The notes under the pieces are model-generated. The model saw only the letters and a list, made by a program, of their open reading frames with translations, was not told the DNA's origin and did no database searches. The position numbers and the translations under genes were made by a program. A DNA stretch of 64,000 nucleotides. Origin: an uncultured virus (IMG/VR IMGVR_UViG_3300006217_003352) (lineage: Duplodnaviria > Heunggongvirae > Uroviricota > Caudoviricetes). Positions 63,060 to 64,000 of this stretch are shown in pieces. The stretch lies in the IMG/VR virus record IMGVR_UViG_3300006217_003352, one strand, 5' to 3'. Position 1 is the stretch's first letter. Every line of letters begins with the position of its first letter.

Positions 63060-64000
63060 ACTTAACAAGAAGGCTGCCCTTTATGTACGCGTATCTACCA
63101 ATATGCAAATCGACAAGGACAGCCTTCCTTTACAAAAAAACGACCTTGCTAACTATGCAAAGTACGCTCTTGATATTTCGGAATACGAAATCTTTGAAGA
63201 CGCAGGCTATTCCGCAAAAAATACTGACAGACCGCGCTATCAACAGATGATGTCACGATTGCGAACTGGCGAATTTTCTCATCTCATCGTGTGGAAGATT
63301 GACCGCATTTCCCGTAACCTGCTTGACTTCGCCGCAATGTATGAAGAACTAAAACGTCTCGGTGTAGTTTTCGTAAGCAAAAATGAACAGTTCGATACAT
63401 CAACTGCAATAGGCGAAGCAATGCTGAAAATCATTCTTATATTTGCCGAACTTGAACGTAAGATGACATCGGAGCGAGTTACTGCAGTTATGGTTTCTCG
63501 CGCAAATAACGGTCAATGGAACGGCGGACGTGTCCCCTTCGGCTATGCCTATGACAAGGTTACTAAAATCTTTTCCGTAAATGAAACGGAAGCCGCGACT
63601 GTTCGTGCAATCTATGACAAATACGAAGAAACCCATTCTCTTCTGCAGACGTGCAAGTTTCTGAATGAAAACGGACTTTCCACACGTAGCGGAATAGCGT
63701 GGAATCCAACAACAGCAAGAACTATGCTCTCTAATCCGTTCTATATAGGAAACTATCTCTACAACAAACACGATTTGAGCAAAACAAACTATCGCCTGAA
63801 AACCAACCGCCGCCCCGAATCGGAGTGGATTCTGGTTGAAGACCACCACGTTCCTATCGTTGACCGCGAACGCTGGGAGTCCGTAAACGACCAACTAAAA
63901 GCAAATCGCCGCAGCAACAAGGACGGCCCGCGTACATACACGAGAGTAAACACTCACATCTTCGCAGGCATTCTTATCTGCGGTAAATGCGGTTCGCAAA
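63043..64000 (+). CDS. Large serine integrase (truncated by window end; missing from the ORF track)
   Basis: Read by hand: ALYVRVST, DAGYSAKNTDRP, KIDRISRN, PFGY, NPFYIG, CGKCG zinc ribbon. Confidence 0.93.
   Translation, partial: MQKESKLNKKAALYVRVSTNMQIDKDSLPLQKNDLANYAKYALDISEYEIFEDAGYSAKNTDRPRYQQMMSRLRTGEFSHLIVWKIDRISRNLLDFAAMYEELKRLGVVFVSKNEQFDTSTAIGEAMLKIILIFAELERKMTSERVTAVMVSRANNGQWNGGRVPFGYAYDKVTKIFSVNETEAATVRAIYDKYEETHSLLQTCKFLNENGLSTRSGIAWNPTTARTMLSNPFYIGNYLYNKHDLSKTNYRLKTNRRPESEWILVEDHHVPIVDRERWESVNDQLKANRRSNKDGPRTYTRVNTHIFAGILICGKCGSQ

Larger units (their letters stand above)
1..64000 (-). mobile_element. Temperate myovirus-like prophage (both ends outside the window)
   Basis: Integrase-repressor-cro switch, replication, terminase-portal-capsid, sheath/tube/baseplate and fibre modules in canonical order; dense co-oriented genes; no att site visible. 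Confidence 0.95.

Noticed and set aside
63400..63894. Minus-strand 164-aa ORF
   Set aside because: Antisense to the serine integrase, which the ORF track missed because it runs off the window.

Overview
The whole window is most of one temperate, contractile-tailed (myovirus-like) prophage. Its promoters, RBSs and gene families point to a Firmicutes (probably Clostridia-type) host. Almost all genes are on the minus strand, reading right to left. In that order: a lysogeny switch (large serine integrase truncated at the right edge, XRE repressor, cro-like gene); recombination/replication genes (exonuclease, Bet/RecT-like, DUF4373-like initiator, DnaC-like, RusA, SSB); MetK, tRNA-Lys(CUU) and an adenine-MTase/ParB pair; terminase, portal fused to a NUDIX domain, head, sheath/tube, baseplate and tail fibre; a complete diversity-generating retroelement (Avd, TR, RT); holin-like genes without a recognisable endolysin; DinJ-YafQ; then ~22 kb of small accessory genes ending in a DNA-modification cluster (three MTases, MTA/SAH nucleosidase, PAPS-reductase-like, MazG-like, HNH). 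Main observations: (1) the single DGR template repeat matches two variable regions, one in the adjacent tail fibre and one ~9 kb away in a paralogous gene with no fibre region, inside a probably repressor-controlled accessory operon; (2) four dispersed near-consensus promoters carry the same palindrome between -35 and -10; (3) two inverted, related non-coding elements with exact 31-bp-period repeats flank most of the morphogenesis module; (4) the phage encodes both SAM supply and SAH removal. All family assignments come from motif recognition by eye; no database search was run.
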